A stretch of DNA of 64,000 nucleotides from Oculina patagonica (Eukaryota). Position numbers and translations under genes: made by a program. The stretch spans positions 30,690,001 through 30,754,000 of the forward strand of contig NC_135762.1 in the NCBI RefSeq assembly GCF_052425735.1. The letters run 5' to 3'. A model generated the notes under the pieces. The model had not been told where the DNA came from and ran no database searches. It saw nothing but the letters and a program-made list of their open reading frames with translations. Shown piece after piece: positions 41,401 through 54,700 of the stretch (its first letter is position 1; every line of letters begins with the position of its first letter).

Positions 41401-44400
41401 CATCATTGTCACATCGTGTTTCTGGATCGTTGTTTGCATTTTGAACGTCATCACACGATTCATTCTTCTCATCCGTCTCCTTTTTCGTCTCCGTAGTTGA
41501 TTCCTTTCTAGCGTAGATCACTTCTACAGACGAGCTCTCGTTTTCAGAAATCAACAATGGCGACTTCGACTCGTCGTCATCTTCCACAGTTATCATGACG
41601 TCACTACACGGTGCAACTGGCGTCTTACAGGATTCGTTCGAAGAATTCGTGGCACCCGTTTCCAAGGCAACGGCGTTCGTCTGTTGTACAGGTTGCATGG
41701 GAATGCTGAATGAGTCCGCGGGAGTCGAGATTGGAACTTCATTTGCCGATGTAGCTGTAGCCAGAGTTGATCTTGTTTCATCTTCAAACGTCAAATTGTC
41801 AACTGGGACTGTTGAGTGTGGCACGTTAGGTTCCTTGCAACACGTCAAAATGTCAGATTCAGATAGAGAGGACTTAGCAGGGGTAGAGAGAGATTCTGTC
41901 GAACGTGACTTCAGTGGGGTGGACTGCGGCGTTTCATTGGGTGTGCAGATCGATGGCTCAGACCTGAGAGATGTTGACGATATCGATTCTGGAAGTGTCG
42001 AATCGGAATCCTCCATGTTTATCCGTACCTCTGCGCTTGGGGTTCCTGTGGCCGTGCATACGGGTGTCAAAGGAATGTCACCCGCTGTTCCTTTATTAAG
42101 TGTCCGGGATGTTGGTCCATCTGTGGTGTCATTCGTAGACTGGATTTCCTGTGGCTTAGCGTTTGAGTTTCCTGGAGCTGATTGAGATGAACGTTTTGAT
42201 GTTTTCTTCTTCTTTCTTGCAGCTTCTCTGTCAGAGATGACTTTTTCTTTCCTGTCCTTTTTACCCACGTGATCTCCAGATGATGACGTCACTGAACCTG
42301 CTTCAGGATCGCCTTGTTTTCGTGCTGATCGCCTTTTGCACTTTTTCCTGTTAAGAATTCGCACGAGGTGAGTTAGAAAACAAAATAAAATGGACTGACG
42401 ATTTCTCATACGAATTGTTTTAAAAGTTTGATGCCCACGAACAAGAACCTAATTTTTCTTGCTAGTGGTTTAATAATAATAATAGCTTTTATTTATACAC
42501 GATAAATATTGCAGCATAATAGCTGATGTGGTCGTGTCTTATGAAAATAACAATAAATTAAGAAATCAATAAACTACGCTAAATCATTAAAGTCCCTAGA
42601 TGATACAAAAGATTTAAAAACCATGTTCTATTAATAAACTTTTGAAAGCCGCCAAAGATAAGATTCTTCAAGGCGGGCCTTATTGTCTAATGAGTTCCAA
42701 AAAGAGGCTCCTGAAAATTTAATTGACTTCTTAACAAAGTCCGTATTAGGTTTGAACGACACTTAATCATTAATGACAATCTTCTTAATAGTACAGCTTA
42801 CCACAGTTGTATAAAGCAAGTTCAACGTGCTTTTTACAACTGTGGAAAGCTGTACTAATAAAATGGCTATTGTAAGTTACAATACCCTTTAATATGAAAA
42901 GCCATCGAAGGGCTTTTCATATTAAAGGCTATTGTAAATTGCTTATTGCTTATTGCTTATTGTAACTTGGCGTATTGTAACGCACTAAATTATTGTGAAA
43001 CATATTTATTCATAAGTATATATGGCTTACCATAGTTGCATAACACATGCCACAATGGCCATCACGATTAAAATCCCTCCAATGATTCCACCAACAATGA
43101 TAGGAGAACCTGAATCAGCTGGATCTTTAGTCCCGGAATGAGATTTGCGTTTCTTTTTCTTTTTGGAATGTTTGTCTTTTCCACTGTCACTCGTGTTTCT
43201 ACGGTCCAAAGCAACATTCCATCGAAGACCAGAGGATCCGCTCATTCCCGGATGGACATTCGTGTTGACTTCCGGTATGGTGGATGTGCCATGTTGTGAA
43301 GATCGTTCCTGTCTTAATACCCTCGGTTGTTCGTTCGGCAAAGGCTCTTCTCTGCTATTTCCTGTAGTCTGTTCCTTAGTGGTTTCCTCTGCAGTATCTT
43401 CATGTGGAATACCTTGCGATTCAGCAGGATTTGACGACTCCGCTGGAAACAGATTTAGCTTCGAGTCAGGTCCCGCAGATGCTGATTTGACAGATTCAAC
43501 AGTTGTCGGCTCGGCAGTATAAAGATTCAGATTTATTTCGGGTTTCGTAGAATCTGATTTAGCAGACTCAGCAGTTGTCGATTCAGGAGTACTTATTGTA
43601 GGTTTAGTAAAATCTGAATTACCAGAGGCAGCAGTTTTCGACTCAGCTGTAGGCAGATTCGGACTCGTTTTAAGTTCAGCAGTATTTGACTTCACAGATT
43701 CGGCAGTTGTCGACTCAGCAGAATAAAGATTTAAGTTCATTTCAGTTTTCGCAGAATCAGATTTAGTAAATTCAGTCGTTGTCGGCTCAGTTGTACGAAG
43801 ATTTATATTCGGGTCGGTTTCTGTAGAAGCTGAATTGATGTCTTTAGTAGAGGTTGCTGTATCGTAGATTTCTTCCAGTGGTACGTCGGTAAGCTTTGGT
43901 GGAGGTCTGGGTTTAGTCACATATGGTACGCCTGTGACCGATGTCGCTTGCGTTCCTTGCAAAACAGGCGTATCCATGTTAACAAATTCATCTGGTGAGG
44001 ACTGATAGGTCTCCTTGGGATCATCCCTTATGGAATGTTCCTTTGCCTGTAAAGAGGACGCATCTACGATTGTTCCTGTGTCCCAGCTGGTTTTTACCTT
44101 ATAACTGGGATCCTTGTTGTAAGGGTTCCATGGCATAGCCATCTTTAACAATTTATTCATATCTTCGGTTGTAGTTTCCTGTGGGTTATGAGCCGCTGTC
44201 TTCTTAGCTCCTTCTAAAGCGACGTCTCTTCCGCGTTTGATCGCCTGTCGTACGAGGGAAGAAACATCCACATCACCTTGAGATATTCCAGAGCTGTCTG
44301 GTGGTTTCCAATCGTTACTTTTCCTTGCGGCTCTTCTCATAATTAATTTTTTCATGGGAAACTTGTGTTTCCCGTGCCAAACATTTGTTGTTAATTTCAC

Positions 44401-45433
44401 GGGCTTGAAATCCGCGTGCGTAATTGGCGCTAATTCGCTGCCATCTTGAAATCCGCTTGCCTCCTCCTGGTTGTTAACCGATGATGATTTTGAGAAGTGC
44501 TTTGTGCGGACGGCAGACTTATGTGGACTGAAAGACGGAGTTTTATCAACATCCGTTGTTTTGCCTCCAGATGTACGCTGGGCAGAGTGATTGTTGAACT
44601 CTGCAGGGGTGAGCGCGTCCAGAGAATTGTCCGATGATGGTTTGTGAGAGTTATATGAAGTTGTTCCTGAAACTTGAAAAAAGAGCGCGAAACTGTTATG
44701 ACGTGTTGTGACGTCAAGTTAAAATTTCAACACCGCGCACTGAATGGTCGCGCGCTTTGCGAGAAATATTTCCTTTTTGCGCAAGCTAGAATCATGAATG
44801 CAAAAAAAATTTGCTGTTATCAAAATAATGAAAGGACCACTTGTACAAACAGCAGCGAAGTGAAGCCGGATCTTGACGTAGATCAGGATCAGCAATATAG
44901 AGTAAAACGATAAACCAAATGCAAGGCTGATCAGACAGTTTTAAAAAAAGGCTAAATAAATTTTTTTGCCCAAATATAAATAAAATTTATTTAGCCTTTT
45001 TAGCTGTCCGATCAGCCTTTCTAATGAAGCGGAAGTTTTGATCTGTACAGTGTGTCTGTACCGCGCAAATAAGAAAAACAAAGGCGAACCGACAGTGCGT
45101 CTTTTACGATTTCAGATTTTCCACTTTACAAAATTTTAACACCAAACGAGGCAAAAGTTTTGTGTTTTGCTAAATCGTATTAATCTGTTCTCAAAAGCAC
45201 CGTCCAAATAACATCATTTGATTTGCTTTGTTGTTAAATCGAAATCTGTTTGATGTCAAACGCACTACCGCGGTGCGCTACATGTTTATCGCTTTGATCT
45301 TGTTGAAAATTGTGCTGAATTTTAAACTTCAATTATAAATTAAACTAAAATTAGCATTTCCCTTACCTTTGCAAATGCAGCAAAATGTCAGGAAACAAAA
45401 TAGTATTCCGATTAAAGCTTTTTTCTTCTTCAT
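38479..45433 (-). CDS. Uncharacterised type-I single-pass membrane protein with mucin-like ectodomain and long cytoplasmic tail (at least 8 exons, >1216 aa; terminal exon(s) probably near 36283-36683, uncertain)
   Basis: Exons (minus): 45433-45367 (signal peptide MKKKKALIGILFCFLTFCCICKG), 44666-43031, 42347-41371, 40966-40907, 40662-40433, 39752-39420, 39077-38878, 38625-38479. All junctions are GT-AG and phase-compatible with no internal stop. TM PIIVGGIIGGILIVMAIVACVMQLW is followed by KKCKRRSARK. Confidence 0.75.
39867..40175. repeat. Decayed duplicate of the 3' half of exon 5 and its downstream intron (source 40285-40578), ending in a 34-bp fold-back
   Basis: Aligns to 40285-40578 with the donor GT mutated (39990). 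Inverted repeat 40101-40134 / 40142-40175. Confidence 0.75.
43420..43815 (-). repeat. Coding tandem repeat, ~6 copies of a 72-bp / 24-aa S/T/E-rich unit (NLNLY.AE.TT.ES.KS...) in the ectodomain
   Basis: GTTGTCGRYTC-like cores recur at ~43502, 43574, 43634, 43706 and 43778 (spacing 72, 60, 72, 72). Confidence 0.75.
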
Positions 45434-46696
45434 AATTAATGCCGAGTTAACCATACGATAAACTCAACATCGCTTTGGAGAAAAATGAGCAATTAGTTTG
45501 TCGTCATAAACGCAAATTTAATTTGTGACGTAACGTTATGCGATTTTGCGCGCGCATTTTGTGACAGGACGCAGGTAACGCAACATGTTAAAAAGAGGTT
45601 TTGAGAAAATAATATAATACTGATTGTAAGGGATAAACTACAAATTGCACGATTCTTTACTATAGCCTTCCAAGTTCATAACCCTATTAAAACTTCCTTA
45701 ATGAAATACTTCTTGTTTTACTTTTTGTGTTTATCGGTTTTAAATCACGCGTTCTGCACTTTCAACCCGTGAAAAGTTTTCTAAAAGCGCGTGCAAAGTC
45801 CGTTTTGGACCGTTTTTGGACGGACCATAATTTTTTTTGGAGAAAGGGAGGCTTTAAAAAATATTAAAAATTTATAACAAAAGATAGTTTGAATTTCGAA
45901 AACAAAGGTTTTCAGAGGTGCACACTCAGAGGAAAATTTTTCATACCACCATGGTCCGTCCTTTTAATAGACCCGTATGAAATCACTTCACTTTCCAGCG
46001 AGCTTTTTTAATAAACGTATAGGAGACACAAGCGTAATATAAGAGCTTGTATGGGAGTTGGAATTGTATATAAGAGCTTGTATGGAGATTTGGAACTGAA
46101 TAAAGTTTATTAACTAGGTCTGGGGCGCGTCCAGTTAATAAACTAGGTTGAGATTTTTTCTGTCACTATATCCATTCCCTGCGCGGTCTCTGTCTACGCG
46201 GGTACATGTAGGCTAGACTCGCTAAACTTTCCAAAGATTTCACTGAGCTGCGCCGTTTTTTTTGGATAAAAGCAAGTGATACTAAGCAGTCAACATTCCA
46301 GGCCCAGTTCTAAGCTCTGTATGCTTTGTTCAAAGCAATAACTCCTCGTAGCTTCGCAATTCACGGCAGCGAATAAGGGGGTGGTGGGTTGTGTTGACTG
46401 AAGTAAATAACTTTGATTTATTGTGTTGTTCTGTCGCGAAAAGAAGAACTCGATTCTAAATTGTGCAACGCTTGCTGAAACCACTCAAATCTGTCAAGGG
46501 TATCCGTTTGAAATGGAACCAATCGAGTCAGTTTATCATTCGTTTCGTGAACGCCATAGGCGAGAACGCATCAAAAAGTGTTTTCGACCAAAGTGAGATG
46601 TGGCTGGCGTGGTAGAGATTGTGTGTGTGGCAATTGGATGCATGCATGGCGTTTGAAAAATTAACGAGCCAAACTAGAAGCCTGAAGCCGACTTAA

Positions 46697-47462
46697 GGTC
46701 GCGCAGGACCCTTGCAATCATTAGTATGTATTTATTTAAAGAGTATGCACGAACTGCCGGACGACTCAAGCCGACAACAAACGAAATATTCATGAGAATG
46801 TTTGTTTTCAAACTCTTTTGTACAAGTAATTACTAGTCATTGTTTTCAGCTTTGTGCCACGTGCGCTGGAACATAGGGAATTATCATATTAGATTCACAG
46901 CTTTGAATATATCACACGTTGTTATAAACATTGACTCGGAAGGTCTTTGGAAGCCTCAAAACCTGCAATTTTGTGTCCAAGTTTTCTCCGCCGATATAGA
47001 ATTTCAAGAGTTGATTTGCGAGGAACATAAACTTGGTGTACTCTATTGTGCTATGACTAGAGCGAATTTTTAAATTTCCCTCTCAAAATGAAGATAGCAC
47101 GTTTCAAAGTTTAGATTTCACATTTTTGCTATCTTAGAAGCTATTAACTTGTAGCAGTTTTTTAAATCGAAAATTTCGTTCTAGCCATAGCACAAAAGTT
47201 GTTCTGATTTATCACGAGGCTTTGGTGCGCTGTTCTAGCTGAAAACTTGGACACAAAATCGCATTATCTGCAGTTAAACTTTTAAGGGCTTGTAACATCA
47301 CAGACAACGGTCATCTCTCAGTATAAGGACAATCCTGAGGTAATTCCATCACCCCCGAATATCCTTGTTAAATTTTAGAGGAATCGATGTTCAAAAATGT
47401 AGTGAATTAAAGCACGGAATTTGGCTAATGAATATATTAATGAGCAAGGGTCCTGCGCGACC
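46697..47462. mobile_element. Non-autonomous DNA transposon with perfect 19-bp TIRs, TTAA-flanked
   Basis: TTAA|GGTCGCGCAGGACCCTTGC ... GCAAGGGTCCTGCGCGACC|TTAA. Confidence 0.8.
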
Positions 47463-48755
47463 TTAAGGATACTTAAATAACAACGAACACTCACGTGACT
47501 GAAACATTTTATTAAACGTTGTCCCCTGCAGCTTGTACTGTTGTTCTAAACTGATATTCTTGTATTTACTAGTGAATAAATGAACTGAAGGAGCTGCTTG
47601 TCAACTGAATTTCGGTTTAAAGAAGTAACGTCACAATGCTTCAACCCTAAAAGTTCCAGGAAAAGGTTATGAGAATTAATAAAATGTAGACCAAGGAGAA
47701 ATCGCTTTGAAACTTTAACAAATTCTCCAAACTAATACTGTAAGGAAAATGTACAGAGATAATTTGAAATCGTTTTTTTTTTTTTTTTTTTTTTTGGGGG
47801 GGGGGGGGGGGGACGGTCGTTTGGGAGTGACTATTCCCAACCGGCTCAGTTCTACTGTTCATTTTCATCCGGGTCATCGGATTTCCAAGCGCGAGTTAAA
47901 TCCACCAGACTACCGACAACGGCAGCTGCTAGAACACTGAATGCAGTTGGCTAGAAATCCTATTAAACCCCAATATAAAGGTTAACAAGCCAATGTAGGC
48001 TATAACCGAAAAAAAGGTTTTGACTAATCAGAGTAATTAACTAACAGGGGTGCTATTTAGTATTCACTACATGAACTGAGTGTATTAAGTGGTATCAGAT
48101 TTGCAACAACTGTATTTTATTTCTGGGCATTCGCCTTATACAAGTTTAAGCATCTACTCTTAGAGCACTATTCGCCGTCCGTCTTAAGCTATGATTGCAC
48201 AATATCTGAAAGTTCCTTACATACATGAAAGTAACACTGAATTTATTTCAGTATTCCTACATGAGAACTTGGTATTACCTAAAAAAACTAATATAATATA
48301 ATCGAATTCTAAAATCTAGTTCTAAATCAGTAAATAATAAAAGCATGAATATAGAATGCATATAGGCAGCTGTAAGTCTGCACATAAAACTAAATCAACA
48401 ACAGTCAAAAAAGAATATTTTCCCTTTATCGTTCTACCAGAAAAACTAATTAATTATATGAAAAATGTACAATCTTATGGAACAAAACTAGTTCAGCGTG
48501 CTTGATAAAAATTGAACCTGTGGCATTAAAAAGGTTGGCAGTATTTGTACACCTGGATAAAGCTAGCCGGCATGCCAAACGTCCCCCCCCCCCCCCCCCC
48601 TTTCATCTTTTTGCCTCGCCCAAATTTTCGCGCTCCGGAGATTTGGAAAACCAGTCTTCATTCTTTCGGGAACGATTTCTTTGCCGGCTAGGGGAAAGCT
48701 GAAGCCGTTCGTCAGCTGCATTTCACTCGAAGAAACTTCAGTTGAGGTCTCAGAA

Positions 48756-51700
48756 TTACAAAACTGAAATGCGCTCAATTCCAGCGACCATGCTACGGTT
48801 TGTTGCTTGTTCTTTTAAAGGAACACTATCAGATTCATCACCATCAACTCTTTGAACAAAGGCTAATTGAGCTTGATTGCGGCGTGACTTCAAGTACTTG
48901 TAGCCACCAATTCCAATCACCACACAGAAGGCAATCACCCCAATGCAAATTGCCACGACTTTTAAAACGTTTGATTTGGCCCCTGAGAAATGGAAGGGAA
49001 AAAAAGCACAAATTAGTGTTCCCTGCTGGTACTGTTTTGTGAGCCGAGTCTTCAGATCGAGTTTTGTGGGCGAGTCTCCAGAACAACCATTGTGTTTAGC
49101 AGCAAAGAATAAAAGAAGATCACCGACAAACACAAGGCGCAACCGACGCATCCGTCAGCGCAGTCAGGCAGGCAGTCAGACAGCCATCCAANNNNNNNNN
49201 NNNNNNNNNNNNNNNNNNNNNNNNNNNNNNNNNNNNNNNNNNNNNNNNNNNNNNNNNNNNNNNNNNNNNNNNNNNNNNNNNNNNNNNNNNNNNNNNNNNN
49301 NNNNNNNNNNNNNNNNNNNNNNNNNNNNNNNNNNNNNNNNNNNNNAGCNNNNNNNNNNNNNNNNNNNNNNNNNNNNNNNNNNNNNNNNNNNNNNNNNNNN
49401 NNNNNNNNNNNNNNNNNNNNNNNNNNNNNNNNNNNNNNNNNNNNNNNNNNNNNNNNNNNNNNNNNNNNNNNNNNNNNNNNNNNNNNNNNNNNNNNNNNNN
49501 NNNNNNNNNNNNNNNNNNNNNNNNNNNNNNNNNNNNNNNNNNNNNNNNNNNNNNNNNNNNNNNNNNNNNNNNNNNNNNNNNNNNNNNNNNNNNNNNNNNN
49601 NNNNNNNNNNNNNNNNNNNNNNNNNAGCCATTCAGTCCGTCAGTCAGTCAGTCAGTCATTCAGTCAGTAATACAAAGGGCACACCATTTATACTAACCTA
49701 CTTATTTGTAGCTTTGTTAATGTCTATTTACACAGTGGATCTGATGGCATTTTGGGGTTGTCAGTTTAAATAATTTGTTTTTGAATTATTGTACAGTACC
49801 TGATTTAATAGCCGTGTAAAGAACAAATATCCGCCAATCTTCCACAATATCTGTTTTGTTAAAGTTATCAATCTTCAGTAGAATGTAGACAATCCGGAAC
49901 TTCGATAAAATCAAATTCTCTCGAGCAAGAGTGATCGGACTGAGCTCCGAGCCTTCCACGTCATAAATCTGAACTCTGTTCTCTGATAATTGTATCCTGG
50001 TTAAAGAAATGAATAATTTTACGATGTGGTTCCCTGGAGCGACAATGTACCACCCACAAGTCGTGTTTAGAATATAGTCACTAGGCCAGTAAGGGCTGGA
50101 AAAACTGTTAAAAACTGGCGACTGTGGAGCATCCAATGTAGTGTTTGTAGAACAATCTGAAAAATAAACCATACAGCTTTTTGCTAACACTATAGAACAT
50201 TGTAACTAAAACCCCATTTAGACCCATTCATACCAAGTAAAATTTGTTAAACCTGATTTGAACTAAACATATTTACTGAACAGGTATGAATAGGTATATA
50301 TCCCTTTTTCATTCGCCACTTTAGGGACGACTGTAATTATGCAGTCGCTTGTGGGACTGTGACTGGATACAAAACAAAAGAAAGTAAAGGTCCGGTAATA
50401 CGGGCAACATTTTTCGGTGTTGCAAGTTGCAGCAACATGTTGCACAAAGTAGAACCGAGTTCTACTTTTTGCAACAATTTTTTTCAACTTTCAACACCGA
50501 AATTTGTTGCGAGACAAGTTGAGCGAGCGGTAGTAATACGGGCAACAACTCGTTCAACTTGCAATGCAACAATGTTGCGAGACAAGTTGAACAAAAATGT
50601 TGCCCGTATTACCGGGCCTTAAGGGCCCACTGACGTATATATTTGGACCCGTTGCTAGGGACATTCACGGTTATATAGTTTTAGCAATTTTTCTTGTTTA
50701 GTTATGGTTGAATCTTATACTCAGTCCATAACGTAAATATGACGTCATCGGGCCACGCCCATGATCACGTGACCAATAAAGAAAAAGTCTAAAATTTTTG
50801 ATGTTTTGCATGTTATCAGAAAATCATTCATGGTGTCATGATCTTTATTTGTTTTTGTATCTTGGTAAGTATGGGTTTCATTTCATTATGGAAAATAATT
50901 TTTTTAGAGAGATTTAAAATATTGATTTGTCCATAAAATTTTTATTAAAAATGATTTAAGATTTTTTATTTAGATTTTTTTCTGCAAACCGGAAATCATT
51001 TTGTTAACGCATGCGTAATTAATCTGACAAGAGAACAGTGCGCGCGCTAGTTGTACGCGTACGCTTTTGAGATTATTTGCATGTGTAAAAAAACTGCTTT
51101 TCCTGGTTCATTTAATCTGACTGATTCTCAGATGTGAAGTCAACTATTAGTCAGGAAGTTTTTCGGTAGTTCTTATTGTTTCATCTTATTTGGCGAGTTT
51201 GAAATTGGGAGGGAAAGTGATTGACGCTAAATGAGCTATGTCACAGACTGCTCATCTTAAAAAATTGCCCATTTTTTTCCAAATTTGTCGTCGTAATTCA
51301 TCTTAACCTCCTTGAGTCGTAACCATCATTTCATTTTCGGCTTATTCTTACTCCTTTGGTGCGTTAATACCTTAACAAAAGTACATCTTGAAGTTTCTTT
51401 CGATGTAAAAGTCATTTGGGAGTCAATCGGAAAAATGACTTAATCTTTTTTTCCACGATCAGTTGGCAAGTACATCCCCACCCGAAATGAGTAACAACCT
51501 ACTTAAATCCATTTTATTTATTTGTGCTTTACCTGCCTTTGCAGCCGCGTAATTCACCCTTTCCACCCTCGTGAAAAGGCGTGGTTCGTCTTCACTCTCA
51601 AATAAAATGTAGATAAGTTGGGACACGGGGGATATGTACTGAAATCTGGAACGGAAAGCAGCAAAACGGAAACGGTGAAGGAGCCTCAGTTCCGAGCCTT

Positions 51701-54700
51701 CCACATTATAAACACGCAACGTGTCGATGGAGTGTGTCTTGTTAGAGCCGCGATACAACACCACCTCCAACAGAAAAATGTGATTTTCTGGAGCGCTGAT
51801 GAACCATCCACAAGATCGCGGCCCGCGATAATCGTCAGGCCAAAGCGGAATGTTCAAAAAGTCTCGACTGGTAAATTCCGGGGCATTCAAAGTCTTGTTC
51901 CAAATACACTCTGAAAAAAAAAACGTAGTCATTGTCAGGGACAACGCATGAATCAAGTCTTGGCGTATTACGATCGAGGGAGCAATAGGGAAGAAATTTA
52001 CCCCGATGCTTCGCGGCCCAGTGAATGTCCTCCGCCGGTTTACAAAATAACTACCCAGAAACTGTTCAGTTCACGATTTGCGGCAAGGCAAATATGTTCT
52101 GCTATTCACCTTTACTTTAATGCATCATTGTTTCCATTAAATTTTAAATTATCATTCGTTTATTAGAAGTACGTGAAAAACGTATTGAAAAAATATTTAA
52201 ACTTTCAAAGCAACAGTTCCGATAAGCAAAAATATTGTCCATGATCGTATTGTTGCTGGTGTCGGCGCGGTAAAAATTGTTTCCGCCTCTAAATTAGACA
52301 ATTCTCGCTGGTCCCAATGCTAAAGAAAGACTTTGCAGAATTCACAAAACTAATAAACCCTTTTACCTAATAACAACTCATATTTGTGGTTACGTCAGTA
52401 ATCGTACTATGCCAACGGGCACACAGCGGTCAAACGCAGCGCGCGTGCGCAGTTCATGTGTAATTGCCGCCAAAATTTTCCATACAAAGTCTTAAATTTT
52501 CCGTAAAATTTTGCTTTAAAGCCAAGCGTTAACGCCGTCCCTGGAAAGTTAAGGTTTATATGCCGCTTATGGATTGGAAATTTGATAATTCATCTCCACT
52601 GAGTGTCCCAGCTTGAACTGTTCTTTCACCGTACTCTTTCTTTAACAATTTCTTGCAAAAGTTTGCCCGCTTTCGAGTCAAAAGTTCGAGGCGGCAAAGA
52701 CCGGATGTGACGTCAATTTTTGCGTTTGACCGCTGTGAAGCCAACGGGTATGTAAGTCCGTCAGTTTTTTCATGGGTGTAACTGCTGACCACCACGTTGT
52801 CAGAACTCTTCTTTAGTCGAAGAAGAAGAAGAAGGGCTGAGCCCAAAACATATGGAACATTGAACTTTTTTCGAAAGGCACTTAATACTCACGCAGCATA
52901 CGGATTTTTTTTTCTCTTTTATCACGTTGTCAGAACGTATACGACATTGCAGGCTCGTTTTTCCCATGTCCTTTACTCACGCCTGGTTGACCAAAGAAAC
53001 AGGGGGGTTCCGAAAACTAAGACCCTCGAAAACGAAGACCTTAGACCTAACACCCGCAGCTATAGGCTACGTTCTTTTAAGGCAATGTTTTTTCTCTGTT
53101 AACGTTTAAAAGACATCTTTTGAAGTCTGCAATTTTTAGTCAAGACTGTTTTCTAATAACGGAGGCTTTCGTTATACAATTTAGAATAAAAATCAGCGAA
53201 AATAAATGACGTTTCGATGAATCGCGGTTCATCATTATCAAATTCTAAAAAAGTCAGATTCTGATGATTTCAATATATATTAAGAGTGCGTGTGAAAATC
53301 TCGTTGCATAAGATTAAAGACTATACAATGTGAATTGTATAGAGTGTTAATTACGAACTAAATAGTTTTGCTTTAATGGAGTCAGATTGAGTGTTCAGTT
53401 TAGGTTTTAACTCCTGGATAAATAGCATTTCGAAGATCAAGCATTCGAATTTCCTGCGACATTTCTTCAAGATTGTAAATTGCTTGTTAAGATCTTTGTT
53501 ACTCTGGTTGTGGGCGTCACGCAGGTGGTTTCCAATAGCTGAGTGCTTATGTTCATCAATGCATTGGAAAAGGTGTCGGCGAATGTAGCCTACATAATCC
53601 GCATCACACGAATCACATTTAAATTTGTAAACAACACATTGTTGATTTATAAGCGGCGGTTTGGCCTCTGCTACATTGATGTCGTCGGCAATTTTCTTGC
53701 TTGTGAAAACTGGGCGTAGATCGCTGTTCGTTAATTCCACCATAACTCGATTCACCGAGTCACGAAGTCAACAGCAAGTTCGCGATGTTCAAGCAAATGC
53801 ACCCGTTCGGATTATTCTGCCATTCAAAGACCAAAGATCAGTAGACGTTGTACGAAGACAGCTGTCCGATCTTGGCAAGAAAATAAACAGCGATCTACGC
53901 CCAGTTTTCACAAGCAAGAAAATTGCCGACGACATCAATGTAGCAGAGGCCAAACCGCCGCTTATAAATCAACAATGTGTTGCGGTTTTCAAATTTAAAT
54001 GTGATTCGTGTGATGCGGATTATGTAGGCTACATTCGCCGACACCTTTTCCAACGCATTGATGAACATAAGCACTCAGCTATTGGATACCACCTGCGTGA
54101 CGCCCACAACCAGAGTAACAAAGATCTTAACAAGCAATTTACAATCTTGAAGAAATGTCGCGGGAAATTCGAATGCTTGATCTTCGAAATGCTATTTATC
54201 CAGGAGTTAAAACCTAAACTGAACACTCAATCTGACTCCATTAAAGCAAAACTATTTAGTTCGTAATTAACACTCTATACAATTCACATTGTATAGTCTT
54301 TAATCTTATGCAACGAGATTTTCACACGCACTCTTAATATATATTGAACTCATCAGAATCTGACTTTTTTAGAATTTGATAATGATGAACCGCGATTCAT
54401 CCAAACGTCATTTATTTTCGCTGATTTTTATTCTAAAGACTGTTTTCCCCATATAAATACAAAGAGCTGTTAAGAGTAAACAGGCTATAGTAGAGTGGAT
54501 TGTAGGTTAACCAAAATGAAGACCTACGAAACGTGTTTTTTAACGTTTTTTGACATATGTTCAATCTTTGAAACGTATTTTTTTTTTGTCCAAATTGCGA
54601 AAATAATATCTAACATCGGTAAATACTGTCGCGTCAAAATTGGATACCTGCGAAATTAAGTACCAATAAGGTACTCTCCAATAAACCTAAAGATACAACT

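Noticed and set aside
41595-42185. 196-aa + strand ORF (also 43145-43522 and the antisense ORFs over the GPCRs)
   Set aside because: Antisense shadows of real low-complexity or hydrophobic coding exons.
48943-49773. 276-aa and 151-aa ORFs
   Set aside because: Artefacts of reading through the N gap.
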